Assembly: GCA_050950765.1 (NCBI GenBank)
Contig: JBMNIF010000002.1
Coordinates: 640,001 to 704,000 of the forward strand
DNA from: Bdellovibrionota bacterium
GTDB lineage: Bacteria > Bdellovibrionota_C > UBA2361 > JAAYZI01
Reading direction: 5' to 3'
DNA length: 64,000 nt
The first letter of the stretch is position 1, and the number at the start of each line of letters is the position of its first letter. A program made the position numbers and the translations under genes. This document shows positions 31,416 through 39,739 of this stretch, piece after piece. The notes beneath the pieces were generated by a model. The model had not been told where the DNA came from, searched no databases, and was given only the letters and a program-made list of their open reading frames with translations.

Positions 31416-32152
31416 GCGATGGCGGAGACACAGGCTGTATCAACTCTTAAAATACGATCTCCTAGTGAGATAACGGAGAAGCCGAGCTCTTGAAATTTAT
31501 GCACTTCGTGGAGATTCCAACCTGCTTCTGGACCTAATGCGATAAAAACACTTCTTTTTGTTGAAATTTTTGGTAAGTCCGAAAGTTTTTGTGGATTTTT
31601 AAAGTGGGTGTCCGCTATTAGAGTAAGTGGGGGTGTATTGTCTCTCTCTTTAAAAAGCTCCAAACGTTTCGGTAAGAGATCTTCAATAAAAGGTTGAAAA
31701 CGGTGATGGATAAAAACTTCAGGTGTTACCGATGTGCCGGATTGCTCCATCCCTAAGAGCAGGTCTTCTTTTAAACTTTCCGGATCTAAACGTTTTGAAG
31801 AGAGGTAGCTTTTTATAACGTTTTCGGTGCGGATCAGGTGTAACGCTCTAATGCCGAACGTGGCGGTAAGTTGCAGCACTTTTCTTACTGTTTGCGGACG
31901 TGGCACAGCTACGATCAATTCAAAAGGCACCACAGGCAGTTGCGGTGCAAAGTCGCGTAAGGTTAGTAAGATCTGGTCTGGTGTAATACTTGTAACAGTC
32001 GCCTTTTTTATAGCGCCGTTTACAACAAAAGCTGACATCTCGAGACCTTGCACAGGTTTGTGAACTTCAAGAGCGTACTTAGCGCGGCTTCCGCTAAGGC
32101 GTGCTTGATTGGGGGCAAGGAGTTCATCTTCAAAGATAGCAAGGTAATTCAT
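31391..32152 (-). CDS. rsmE: 16S rRNA m3U1498 methyltransferase
   Basis: PRPQ, EQSG, ALGPEAGW, LGDRILRVDTA (SPOUT). Confidence 0.92.
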   Translation of the reverse strand: MNYLAIFEDELLAPNQARLSGSRAKYALEVHKPVQGLEMSAFVVNGAIKKATVTSITPDQILLTLRDFAPQLPVVPFELIVAVPRPQTVRKVLQLTATFGIRALHLIRTENVIKSYLSSKRLDPESLKEDLLLGMEQSGTSVTPEVFIHHRFQPFIEDLLPKRLELFKERDNTPPLTLIADTHFKNPQKLSDLPKISTKRSVFIALGPEAGWNLHEVHKFQELGFSVISLGDRILRVDTACVSAIAQTQMLCR

Positions 32153-32306
32153 AAAATATTTTAAAAATCATCAGTAAAAGAGGAAAGTTTTTTTATTATG
32201 TGGCGAAGAGGGTAACAGGTATTCGTTGGAACGTTAGTAACACATCTCGCATGGTGAAGTTTTAGCGAATTTTTAAAAAATTATCTATTTTTTTGGAGAG
32301 ATTATT

Positions 32307-32927
32307 ATGCCTGATGTAAATCCTGTGAATCCTTCTTCGCAACTTAACTTAAATTGTGCTACCACCAATGAGGTTAGTGGTCAATGTATTGCACAAAGTG
32401 CACTGAATATCATTGCTCATTCTGGGAGAAGCTACGCTTTTTCGGAGGCACCAAGTAGCCCTTATAAAAATCTTTCCGGAAATAAAGTTCCGAATCAGAC
32501 GCAGATTGCGTGGTTAAAGAATAAAAATAAATGCAATCAGTTTGTTGGAGATGCTTTAAGTGCTGCTGGAGTTGGTGTGCCGACAAATCGTATGGCTGAC
32601 GGAACGGAACATTATAAGATTGCAGAATCCTTTCCGAACGAGAGCGCTTACTTTTCAAAGTTGGATAGCACAGCTGATGTGCAGGTGGGAGATGTTTTTG
32701 TAAAAGATTATGGTGCTGATGACGGAGAGTGTGGTGGACACACTGAAGTCGTTGTAGAGGTAGACCGTAGAAGGAATGTGATTAAGTTGGCGGGAGCCCA
32801 TAGAAATGGGGCCTACGTTTCTGAAATGAGTTTAAATAATGAAAGTTGGAAGTTTAATCCACTTCAAAAATCTTGGACAAACGGATTGGATAACATCTAC
32901 TTTTTAAGAGCACGAAAAAAAGCGTAG
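32307..32927 (+). CDS. hypothetical protein with NlpC/P60/CHAP-like Cys-His dyad (putative amidase)
   Basis: NKCNQFVGDALSAAG ... VGDV ... GHTEVV; no Sec signal; Pro/Asn/Ser-rich N-terminus. Confidence 0.55.
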   Translation: MPDVNPVNPSSQLNLNCATTNEVSGQCIAQSALNIIAHSGRSYAFSEAPSSPYKNLSGNKVPNQTQIAWLKNKNKCNQFVGDALSAAGVGVPTNRMADGTEHYKIAESFPNESAYFSKLDSTADVQVGDVFVKDYGADDGECGGHTEVVVEVDRRRNVIKLAGAHRNGAYVSEMSLNNESWKFNPLQKSWTNGLDNIYFLRARKKA

Positions 32928-33160
32928 TTATTTAATTATGTTTTTTAGCGTCGGATTTATAGAGAATTATTAAAAAAATCTTCTGTCTCTTCGATTTCTC
33001 GTTACATCTATAAGTCCGACGTTTTTTTCTTATTTTTTAAGAGCACAAAAAATGTAGTTATTTAATCATGTTTTTTTAGCGTCGGATTTATAGAGAATTA
33101 TTAAAAAATCTTCTGTCTCTTCGATTTCTCGTTACATCTATAAGTCCGACGCTTTTTTTA
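32901..33160. repeat. near-identical tandem duplication, ~133 bp x2 (gene 3' end plus terminator-like hairpin)
   Basis: AAGAGCAC at 32906/33039; each copy holds CGTCGGATTTATAGA...TCTATAAGTCCGACG plus a T-run. Confidence 0.93.
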
Positions 33161-33334
33161 TCTTTCCTAGTGAACTCCTATAAAAACGTGACGTTTTTTC
33201 TTCTTCTCCAGCGAAAACTTTTATTAAATTTAGAATTTTTATTTTTTTGACACATCCCTTAAAGTACCATATATTTTAACGGTCATTTCCCTATTTTTTT
33301 AATAAGTTAGGGAATTTTTTCTTAGGAAAATATC

Positions 33335-34615
33335 ATGTTAGACATCAATAGAATTAGAGAAAATCCGGAAGCCGTTAAAAACGCCCTCCTTAAGAGAATG
33401 GATAGTGTCGATTTTACAAACCTCCTTAAAGAAGATGCGGAATGCCGTAAATTATTGCAAGAAGTTGAAGGTCTTAAAGCTAGAAGAAATAAAGTTTCCG
33501 CAGATATTCCGCGCTTAAAAAAAGAGGGGAAAGATATCTCTTCTTTAATGGATGAGATGAAGGAGGTCGGAGAATCTATTAAGTCTCTTGATGCGCGGTG
33601 TGCAACTTTGCAAGATAGTATCCGTACTTTTATGGAATCGCTACCGAATGTTCCTGCTGATGATGTTTTGCCAGGAAATAAAGAAAACAACAAAGTTGTT
33701 AAAACTTTTGGAGAAAAACCGACCTTTTCTTTTAAAGCGAAAGATCACATTGAGATCGCACAAAGCCTTAAACTGATTGATTATGAACGTGGTGTAAAAC
33801 TTGGTGGTAATGGTTTCTGGATCTATCAAGGAGAGGGGGCGCGCTTAGAATGGGCGCTGCTGCAATACTTTATTGATCAGCACATCAAAGACGGTTACAC
33901 CTTTATGCTTTTGCCGCACATCTTAAACTGGCAATCTGGAATTACGGCAGGGCAGTTTCCGAAGTTTGTTGATGATGTTTTTACCTTAACAGGTGCAGAG
34001 GATAAAGAGCATACGCAATTCCTTCTGCCTACTGCTGAGACGGCTTTGATCAACCTTTATCGTGATGAAATTATTCCTGAAGCGGAATTGCCGAAAAAAC
34101 TGTTCGGTTATACTCCATGTTACAGAAAGGAAGCGGGAAGTTATCGTGCAGCAGAACGCGGCATGATTCGCGGACATCAATTTAACAAGGTAGAGATGTT
34201 CGCTTACTGTTTACCGGAAGATTCTGATAAGATCCTTGATGAGTTAATCGCTAAAGCAAGTGCTTTAGTTGAAGGGCTGGGGTTGCACTATCGTGTTAGT
34301 AAACTTGCTGCGGGAGATTGCAGCGCTTCTATGGCAAAAACTTTTGATGTTGAAGTCTGGATTCCTAGCATGAATGAATATAAAGAGGTTAGCTCCGCTT
34401 CCAATGCTCACGACTATCAGGCACGTCGCGGAAATATTCGTTACAAACAACAAGCCAGTGGTAAAAATCTTTTCGTACACACCTTAAACGCTTCAGGTCT
34501 TGCTACCAGTCGCCTCTTCCCCGCTATCTTGGAGCAGTTTCAGCAGGAAGATGGATCGGTTGTGGTGCCGGAGGTGTTAAGAAAGTGGGTTGGAAGAGAT
34601 CAACTAACTTTGTAA
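33335..34615 (+). CDS. serS: serine--tRNA ligase
   Basis: LLPTAE, YRKEAG, RGMIRGHQFNKVE, EVSSASN, HTLNASGLA. Confidence 0.98.
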   Translation: MLDINRIRENPEAVKNALLKRMDSVDFTNLLKEDAECRKLLQEVEGLKARRNKVSADIPRLKKEGKDISSLMDEMKEVGESIKSLDARCATLQDSIRTFMESLPNVPADDVLPGNKENNKVVKTFGEKPTFSFKAKDHIEIAQSLKLIDYERGVKLGGNGFWIYQGEGARLEWALLQYFIDQHIKDGYTFMLLPHILNWQSGITAGQFPKFVDDVFTLTGAEDKEHTQFLLPTAETALINLYRDEIIPEAELPKKLFGYTPCYRKEAGSYRAAERGMIRGHQFNKVEMFAYCLPEDSDKILDELIAKASALVEGLGLHYRVSKLAAGDCSASMAKTFDVEVWIPSMNEYKEVSSASNAHDYQARRGNIRYKQQASGKNLFVHTLNASGLATSRLFPAILEQFQQEDGSVVVPEVLRKWVGRDQLTL

Positions 34616-34616
34616 A

Positions 34617-34795
34617 CGCTTTTTTCTACTGAAGATTTTATCGGTTAGGAAAATGCCTTAAGCGAGAGGGGGAAAAAAGATCGTTTAACTCCGTAAGTGC
34701 TTTTTTCTACTGAAGATCTTTTTTTTATTAGGGAAATACCTTAAGCGAGAAGAGGGAAAAAAAGATCCTTTAACTCTGCGGGTGCTTTTTTCTCT
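34617..34795. repeat. degenerate tandem duplication, 81-85 bp x2
   Basis: TTTTTCTACTGAAGAT at 34621/34702; CCTTAAGCGAGA and TTTAACTC repeated; begins right after the serS stop. Confidence 0.85.
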
Positions 34796-34889
34796 GTAAC
34801 GGCAAAGATAGTTTTTAGGAGCGATATTATAAGAGGTGTAAATTATTTTCTCTTACAAACTATCGCTCCATCTTTATAAAAAGAAAAAA

Positions 34890-36638
34890 TTATTTAATTC
34901 TTATTTTCTTTAGAGTGATTGAAGAGTCAGTTGTAGCTTCGGTTAAAATATAACCTTTTTTAAGGCTTTTTTTAATGTTGCAATTTAGTTGAATCTTCTT
35001 TGATTTCTTAGGCTTTAAAGTTTTGATGGTGGATTTTTTACAGAGCTTGTCTTTAGAGTCTATAACTTTATTTTTTGAAATATACGTTTTAATTTGGATA
35101 TTATTACCAGCATCTTTGCCGTTATTTTTTATGACAAGTGTAGAAGACAATTTGTTGTTAGTTACTTTAGTATTTCTAAAATTAAGCTTTAGGATGACAT
35201 TTTTTTTGTTGTCATTTATGATAGGATCCTTAGAGTCTTCATTTTTTTCTGGAAGTTTTTCACAAGCATCAATTTTTCCATTGGAGTTATTATCTATAGG
35301 GAAATATTCGGCAAAGACGAGACCTGCTTTGGGAAGGTAATTGTTTATGTCTATAAAATCAGGATCTGAATATAAAGAATCTATATAGCCATCACCATTA
35401 ATATCTCCAATTGTTACAGCACGAGAAAATTTAAATACATCGGAAGTTATTTGACGTTCGATAATAAGGTCTTTGTTGGCACCAGAATAGATGGATAAAG
35501 AACCGTATTCTCCTGTGTAGACCATAAAATCAGCATGACCATCATTATCTACATCAGATAATGGCCAAACATCATCGTATGTTAAATCTGGTGTGCCATT
35601 GTCGATCCTATATAGTTCAGAGAGATCTTTCCCTGATAAAAAGTAGACAATGCCGATTGCGCCTATGTTAGGTGTGGCAACTACAGCTAAATCAGAATAA
35701 CCATCTTTATTTAGATCACCTAATTCACGTAAAATTCCACCAAAGTTAGTTTTTGTATCGGTATCTAAGATGATAATGCCCAACAAATCACCATTAGCAC
35801 CTGAGAGGAGTGCCACAAAGCCATCAATGAGCGTAGAGCTGTAGATATCATCATTATCTTTTGTTAATGAAACCCCTGATGCTGAAACGAGGATATCGGC
35901 TATATTGTCATTATTATAATCATGAAATAGAAGAGCAGCATCTCCGAATGTATAAAACCCACTTACTTTAGCGTACGCAAAATCGTCGACTGTGTAATTA
36001 TTCACCCAAATGAGAGAACCATCTATTCCAGAGTGAGCATAAATTACAGAATTCTCAGAATCTGTAATTATATAATCAGGATAGCCGTCTTTGTTTAAAT
36101 CTTTTCCACCTGTTACTGTAGAGCCATAGTTTGTTATAACCCTTCTTCCATAAATAGGAGAGGTATGATGTCTGATTTTAGTACCTGTTTTTCCTGAAAA
36201 AATAGTGACTACACCGTTTGATCCTATATCAATTGTGCCGCCGATCGCAAAATCATCAAAGCCGTCTTTGTTAATATCACCTAACGGAAATGCAGTATTG
36301 CCATAAACAGATAACGCATTTGAATAACTACTTGTTATTTTGTAGAGCTCTATGCCGGTTTTTCCTGAGTAAACATGTACAACTTGATGGGTATAGTTTG
36401 GTGCTTTAACATCACTATTTGCGCCTAAATAAAAATCAGGAACGCCATCTCCGTTTACATCACCGATAGGACCCAGCGTAGAGCCAAGTCGGTCTGAAAC
36501 GTATGAATTACCAGAAGGGGCAGCTGCACCTTTGTAGTGAAAAATCAATGGACATTCCTGGGCGTAAGCGAAATCGAAATTTAATAAAAGAAAAGTGATA
36601 AAAACATATAAGGTATAAAATTTATTTATTATTTGCAT
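34890..36638 (-). CDS. secreted FG-GAP (integrin-alpha-like) repeat protein with Lys-rich CARDB-like C-terminus
   Basis: Six GD(V/I/L)N.DG..D-type Ca-binding repeats (some degenerate); signal peptide ending AYA; noticeably AT-rich. Confidence 0.88.
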   Translation of the reverse strand: MQIINKFYTLYVFITFLLLNFDFAYAQECPLIFHYKGAAAPSGNSYVSDRLGSTLGPIGDVNGDGVPDFYLGANSDVKAPNYTHQVVHVYSGKTGIELYKITSSYSNALSVYGNTAFPLGDINKDGFDDFAIGGTIDIGSNGVVTIFSGKTGTKIRHHTSPIYGRRVITNYGSTVTGGKDLNKDGYPDYIITDSENSVIYAHSGIDGSLIWVNNYTVDDFAYAKVSGFYTFGDAALLFHDYNNDNIADILVSASGVSLTKDNDDIYSSTLIDGFVALLSGANGDLLGIIILDTDTKTNFGGILRELGDLNKDGYSDLAVVATPNIGAIGIVYFLSGKDLSELYRIDNGTPDLTYDDVWPLSDVDNDGHADFMVYTGEYGSLSIYSGANKDLIIERQITSDVFKFSRAVTIGDINGDGYIDSLYSDPDFIDINNYLPKAGLVFAEYFPIDNNSNGKIDACEKLPEKNEDSKDPIINDNKKNVILKLNFRNTKVTNNKLSSTLVIKNNGKDAGNNIQIKTYISKNKVIDSKDKLCKKSTIKTLKPKKSKKIQLNCNIKKSLKKGYILTEATTDSSITLKKIRIK

Positions 36639-36841
36639 ATGATGCCTTAAAAAAATGTTAAATTATATTCCTGTTATAAGAGCTAATAGTATATGAGATA
36701 GTTATTTTAATTAAGTGTTGTTTCCCATTTTATAAAAGTTCTTATAAGCTGTGTTACTAAAATGTAAATATTGCAATTTAGGTTGAGGCTTCGTGATACA
36801 ATTTAATGATAAAACATTAACATCTATCCCCTTGTTTTAAA

Positions 36842-38131
36842 TTATGCCTGTTTAAAATAAAGCACCTCTTCGGATCTGTTTTGTGGAAGTCCTGTTGCAA
36901 CCTCTCCATTAAGAACGTTATTAACGTAAGTGGCATAATCCGACTGGACGTTTGGGATGGTCTGACCGTTTGCCGTTAAAGCGTTACACAATATTTCGCG
37001 TAAGCCTTGCGGTGTATTTGGATTATCTCCCTGACCGTCTCTTAGGATAGTTTGTAGTGTAGAGGCAGCTTCTGAAACTTTCTGATCAGAGATAATGCGC
37101 AACATCTCATCTGGAGATGATTTTAAACGTAAGATTTCGTTATCTACCTTTGTCGCATATTCTTCTCTGTTCATACCTTTTGCTGGATAAAGCATACCGT
37201 AACGTGATTCTAAGCCGACATTCTTCATCGCCTCTGCTGCAACTCGCATCTCTAACGGATCGGCAGAGAGAACATTTTCTCCAAACATTTCAAAAGAGAG
37301 TTGAGAGCCTTTAATATCTTCTGCTTTTAAGAGAGTAGTATCACCTGTTTTAGCGTAAGCGTTATTGATCCAATGCCCTGTATTGGGGTCATAACCGATG
37401 AACTCTTTCCCAAAACCTTCAACACTACCATCGTTATTATTTCTCTGACTTGCGAAGAGATCACTTTGTTTAGAAAGAGCGGCTTCATAATCTTTAAAAG
37501 AGGGCAGCGCTTCCCTTAATTGTTCGTTTCGTTCTGCTTGATATTCCTTTGTTGAGACGTGAAAAAGTTTATTAGAAACAAACTTTGCTAAGTGTGTTGT
37601 TAAAGGATCCATCTTTCTAACGGTTGAGCTACGTTGATATAGAGCACCGAGTGGCTCCCCTTTAAAAGCAGTCGCTGCCATACACGCTTCACTACCGTTT
37701 AAGTCGTCACCTTTAGCGGCACGCATAGCTTCACCGTTTTTAGCGGTGATATAGGTGCCCATAATAGCGGCAGCGATCCCTGCTGTGGCAGCCCCTGCAC
37801 CAGCACAAGAGGCAGCACCACCTGCGGCGCAACCTGCACTACAAGTTGTGGCGCCTGCTGCGGTAGTAGTAGCGCTGCTGAAGATCGTTCCGGAGAGCCA
37901 ACTTTTTAAATAATTGCTAACGAAACCTTTAAAGGTATTATTTATAACCTCTAAAAAAGCAGGAGTATTATCTATCTGCATATTGTGAGGAGAAAGAGGA
38001 GGTTCTTGAGAGGTTATTTTTTGTTGTGCTGAAATAGAGGGTGTTGTGCCTTGTTGTATCATCGCAGCATTTAAACTCTGATAGTAATTAATCAGATCTT
38101 GATATCTGTTTTGAGATGAGATGGTTTTCAC
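36842..38131 (-). CDS. hypothetical protein with Ala/Gly-rich hydrophobic (glycine-zipper-like) segment
   Basis: GTG start with AGGAG SD; SSATTTAAGATTCSAGCAAGGAASCAGAGAATAGIAAAIMG; Q/S/T/P-rich N-terminus. Confidence 0.65.
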   Translation of the reverse strand: MKTISSQNRYQDLINYYQSLNAAMIQQGTTPSISAQQKITSQEPPLSPHNMQIDNTPAFLEVINNTFKGFVSNYLKSWLSGTIFSSATTTAAGATTCSAGCAAGGAASCAGAGAATAGIAAAIMGTYITAKNGEAMRAAKGDDLNGSEACMAATAFKGEPLGALYQRSSTVRKMDPLTTHLAKFVSNKLFHVSTKEYQAERNEQLREALPSFKDYEAALSKQSDLFASQRNNNDGSVEGFGKEFIGYDPNTGHWINNAYAKTGDTTLLKAEDIKGSQLSFEMFGENVLSADPLEMRVAAEAMKNVGLESRYGMLYPAKGMNREEYATKVDNEILRLKSSPDEMLRIISDQKVSEAASTLQTILRDGQGDNPNTPQGLREILCNALTANGQTIPNVQSDYATYVNNVLNGEVATGLPQNRSEEVLYFKQA

Positions 38132-38337
38132 TGTGTCTCCTATAAAATAAAAAACTACTCGTGAAAAACCTTTCTCTTTTAAATAAAGAAGGAGATTGTG
38201 AAACGTTCAGGATTTCACGAGTAGGTCTATACCACATTTAAGTTAAGAGAATGTGTATAAGGTGTCTTCGCACCTAATTTAAAAAAGTTGTCTTTAAAAG
38301 TATTTTTTTGCACCTTCGATTGAAGGGAGTGTGAAAA

Positions 38338-38446
38338 TTATAAAAAAGCTTAATTAAATAAATATGTTGAAGGAGATATGATATTAGAAAATTTAAATAT
38401 AAAATTAAATTATTGATGCGGACTATATAAAAAACTGAAATTTGGG
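38338..38446. mobile_element. orphan degenerate end of the IS1634-family element
   Basis: Ungapped match to 63176-63284 with 13 mismatches in 109 bp (hand count). Confidence 0.88.
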
Positions 38447-38523
38447 AAGGGTTTCAATCTCCCTCCTGTTTGGAGGTGTGGTTTTATTTTCTTTTATGTT
38501 ACCTATGATCGCACCCTCTTTGC

Positions 38524-39393
38524 TTATTCATCCTCTTCTAAGTTTTCATCTTTAAGCGGAAGTCCTTTTGTTACATCGCTAATAAGCTTTCCAAAATCGA
38601 TGGCGTTTTTAGGTGTAATAACGGGCTTTCCTGTTTCTTGTTCAAGCGTTTCCTTTGCCACCTTCGCTACATTTCCACCTCGTTTGGCAACTTTTTTATT
38701 TTCTTCTAAACCTTCTGGATTTGATGTATTGGCGATATCTTTAGTCGCTGTTTCTGCAAGCATATTTAGAATAAGTTCGGTCGTTGACATATTGTCCCTA
38801 AGGTTTTGCTTTTTAAGTCCTTTGAAGTCTTTATATTCTCTCGTAGTCATGCCTGACCAAGCTTTTGAAATCTCGTTTGTGAGTATGGCGTACTCCATGC
38901 CTTCTTTTACACCGTGGTCTTGCCAAGTATCGGTAAGTTCTTTTCTTACCTGAATTGCCTGAAGCCTTTGGTTAATCCACTCTCGTGAGTAGCCTTTTTT
39001 TAGATATGTTTCCAAAGCACGCTCAATAGTAAGTTCTGGGTCTACTATTTCATCTAATCGTTCTTTACCCACTTCGGCTAACCACATCTTGAAAGGCTCG
39101 GCTTTAGGAGATGGGATAGATTGAATAATACGGAAGATTCCCTGCATATCTGCAACATCGGTATTACGCATTTTCCCATCAGCTGCTTTTAATTTCAAAG
39201 CGTGACAAAATGTCACGGTTTCACTTCCCTCTTCTTTTAAGCGTTGTTTTAGCTTTCTCCAGTATGCTCCTGCGTCTTTACTCTCCGTTAAAACTCCTAC
39301 GATATCTACAACGCTAAAATACCACTCTTCCTTTTCTCTATCCCATAAAGAACGTATCTGATTTCCTTCAAATATTTTAATTTCATTATTCAT
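38524..39393 (-). CDS. Bro-N domain / phage antirepressor-like (DinD-like) protein
   Basis: WYFSVVDIV, YWRKLKQRL, RIIQSIPSPKAEPFKMWLA, NLRDNM. Confidence 0.88.
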   Translation of the reverse strand: MNNEIKIFEGNQIRSLWDREKEEWYFSVVDIVGVLTESKDAGAYWRKLKQRLKEEGSETVTFCHALKLKAADGKMRNTDVADMQGIFRIIQSIPSPKAEPFKMWLAEVGKERLDEIVDPELTIERALETYLKKGYSREWINQRLQAIQVRKELTDTWQDHGVKEGMEYAILTNEISKAWSGMTTREYKDFKGLKKQNLRDNMSTTELILNMLAETATKDIANTSNPEGLEENKKVAKRGGNVAKVAKETLEQETGKPVITPKNAIDFGKLISDVTKGLPLKDENLEEDE

Positions 39394-39739
39394 TGTTCTG
39401 CCTCTGGTGGAAATGGACTTTTGTTATGCCGTGAAAATTTAGTTAGCATACCTGAACTTGTTACTCAATGTTGTAGTTAGTAAGAGAGGGGGGGAGACCT
39501 TACTTTCTAATGGGTGCAGATCTTGTTACGGATAACTTAACACGAAGTGTAGTGATGTCATAAGTTTAAAGTAGAAAGGTGAGAGGGGTGGAGGTGATAA
39601 ATCAAAAGCAATAAAGACCTCCTTAAAAATCTTATATTTTCGAAAAAATAGAAATGGGGTAGAACGACTGATAAGGGTGCGTTAGTTTCAAAAATAGCTT
39701 AGAAACTTTTGAATAAAAGTAGGTCAAGTTTTTAAAAAG

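Noticed and set aside
31249..31443. 64-aa ORF with repeated SLKHRCS
   Set aside because: By-product of the 81-84 bp duplication overlapping rsmE
39394..39480. Integron attC-like site beside the Bro-N gene
   Set aside because: Only scattered GTTA/TAAC words; no paired R/L boxes and no integrase
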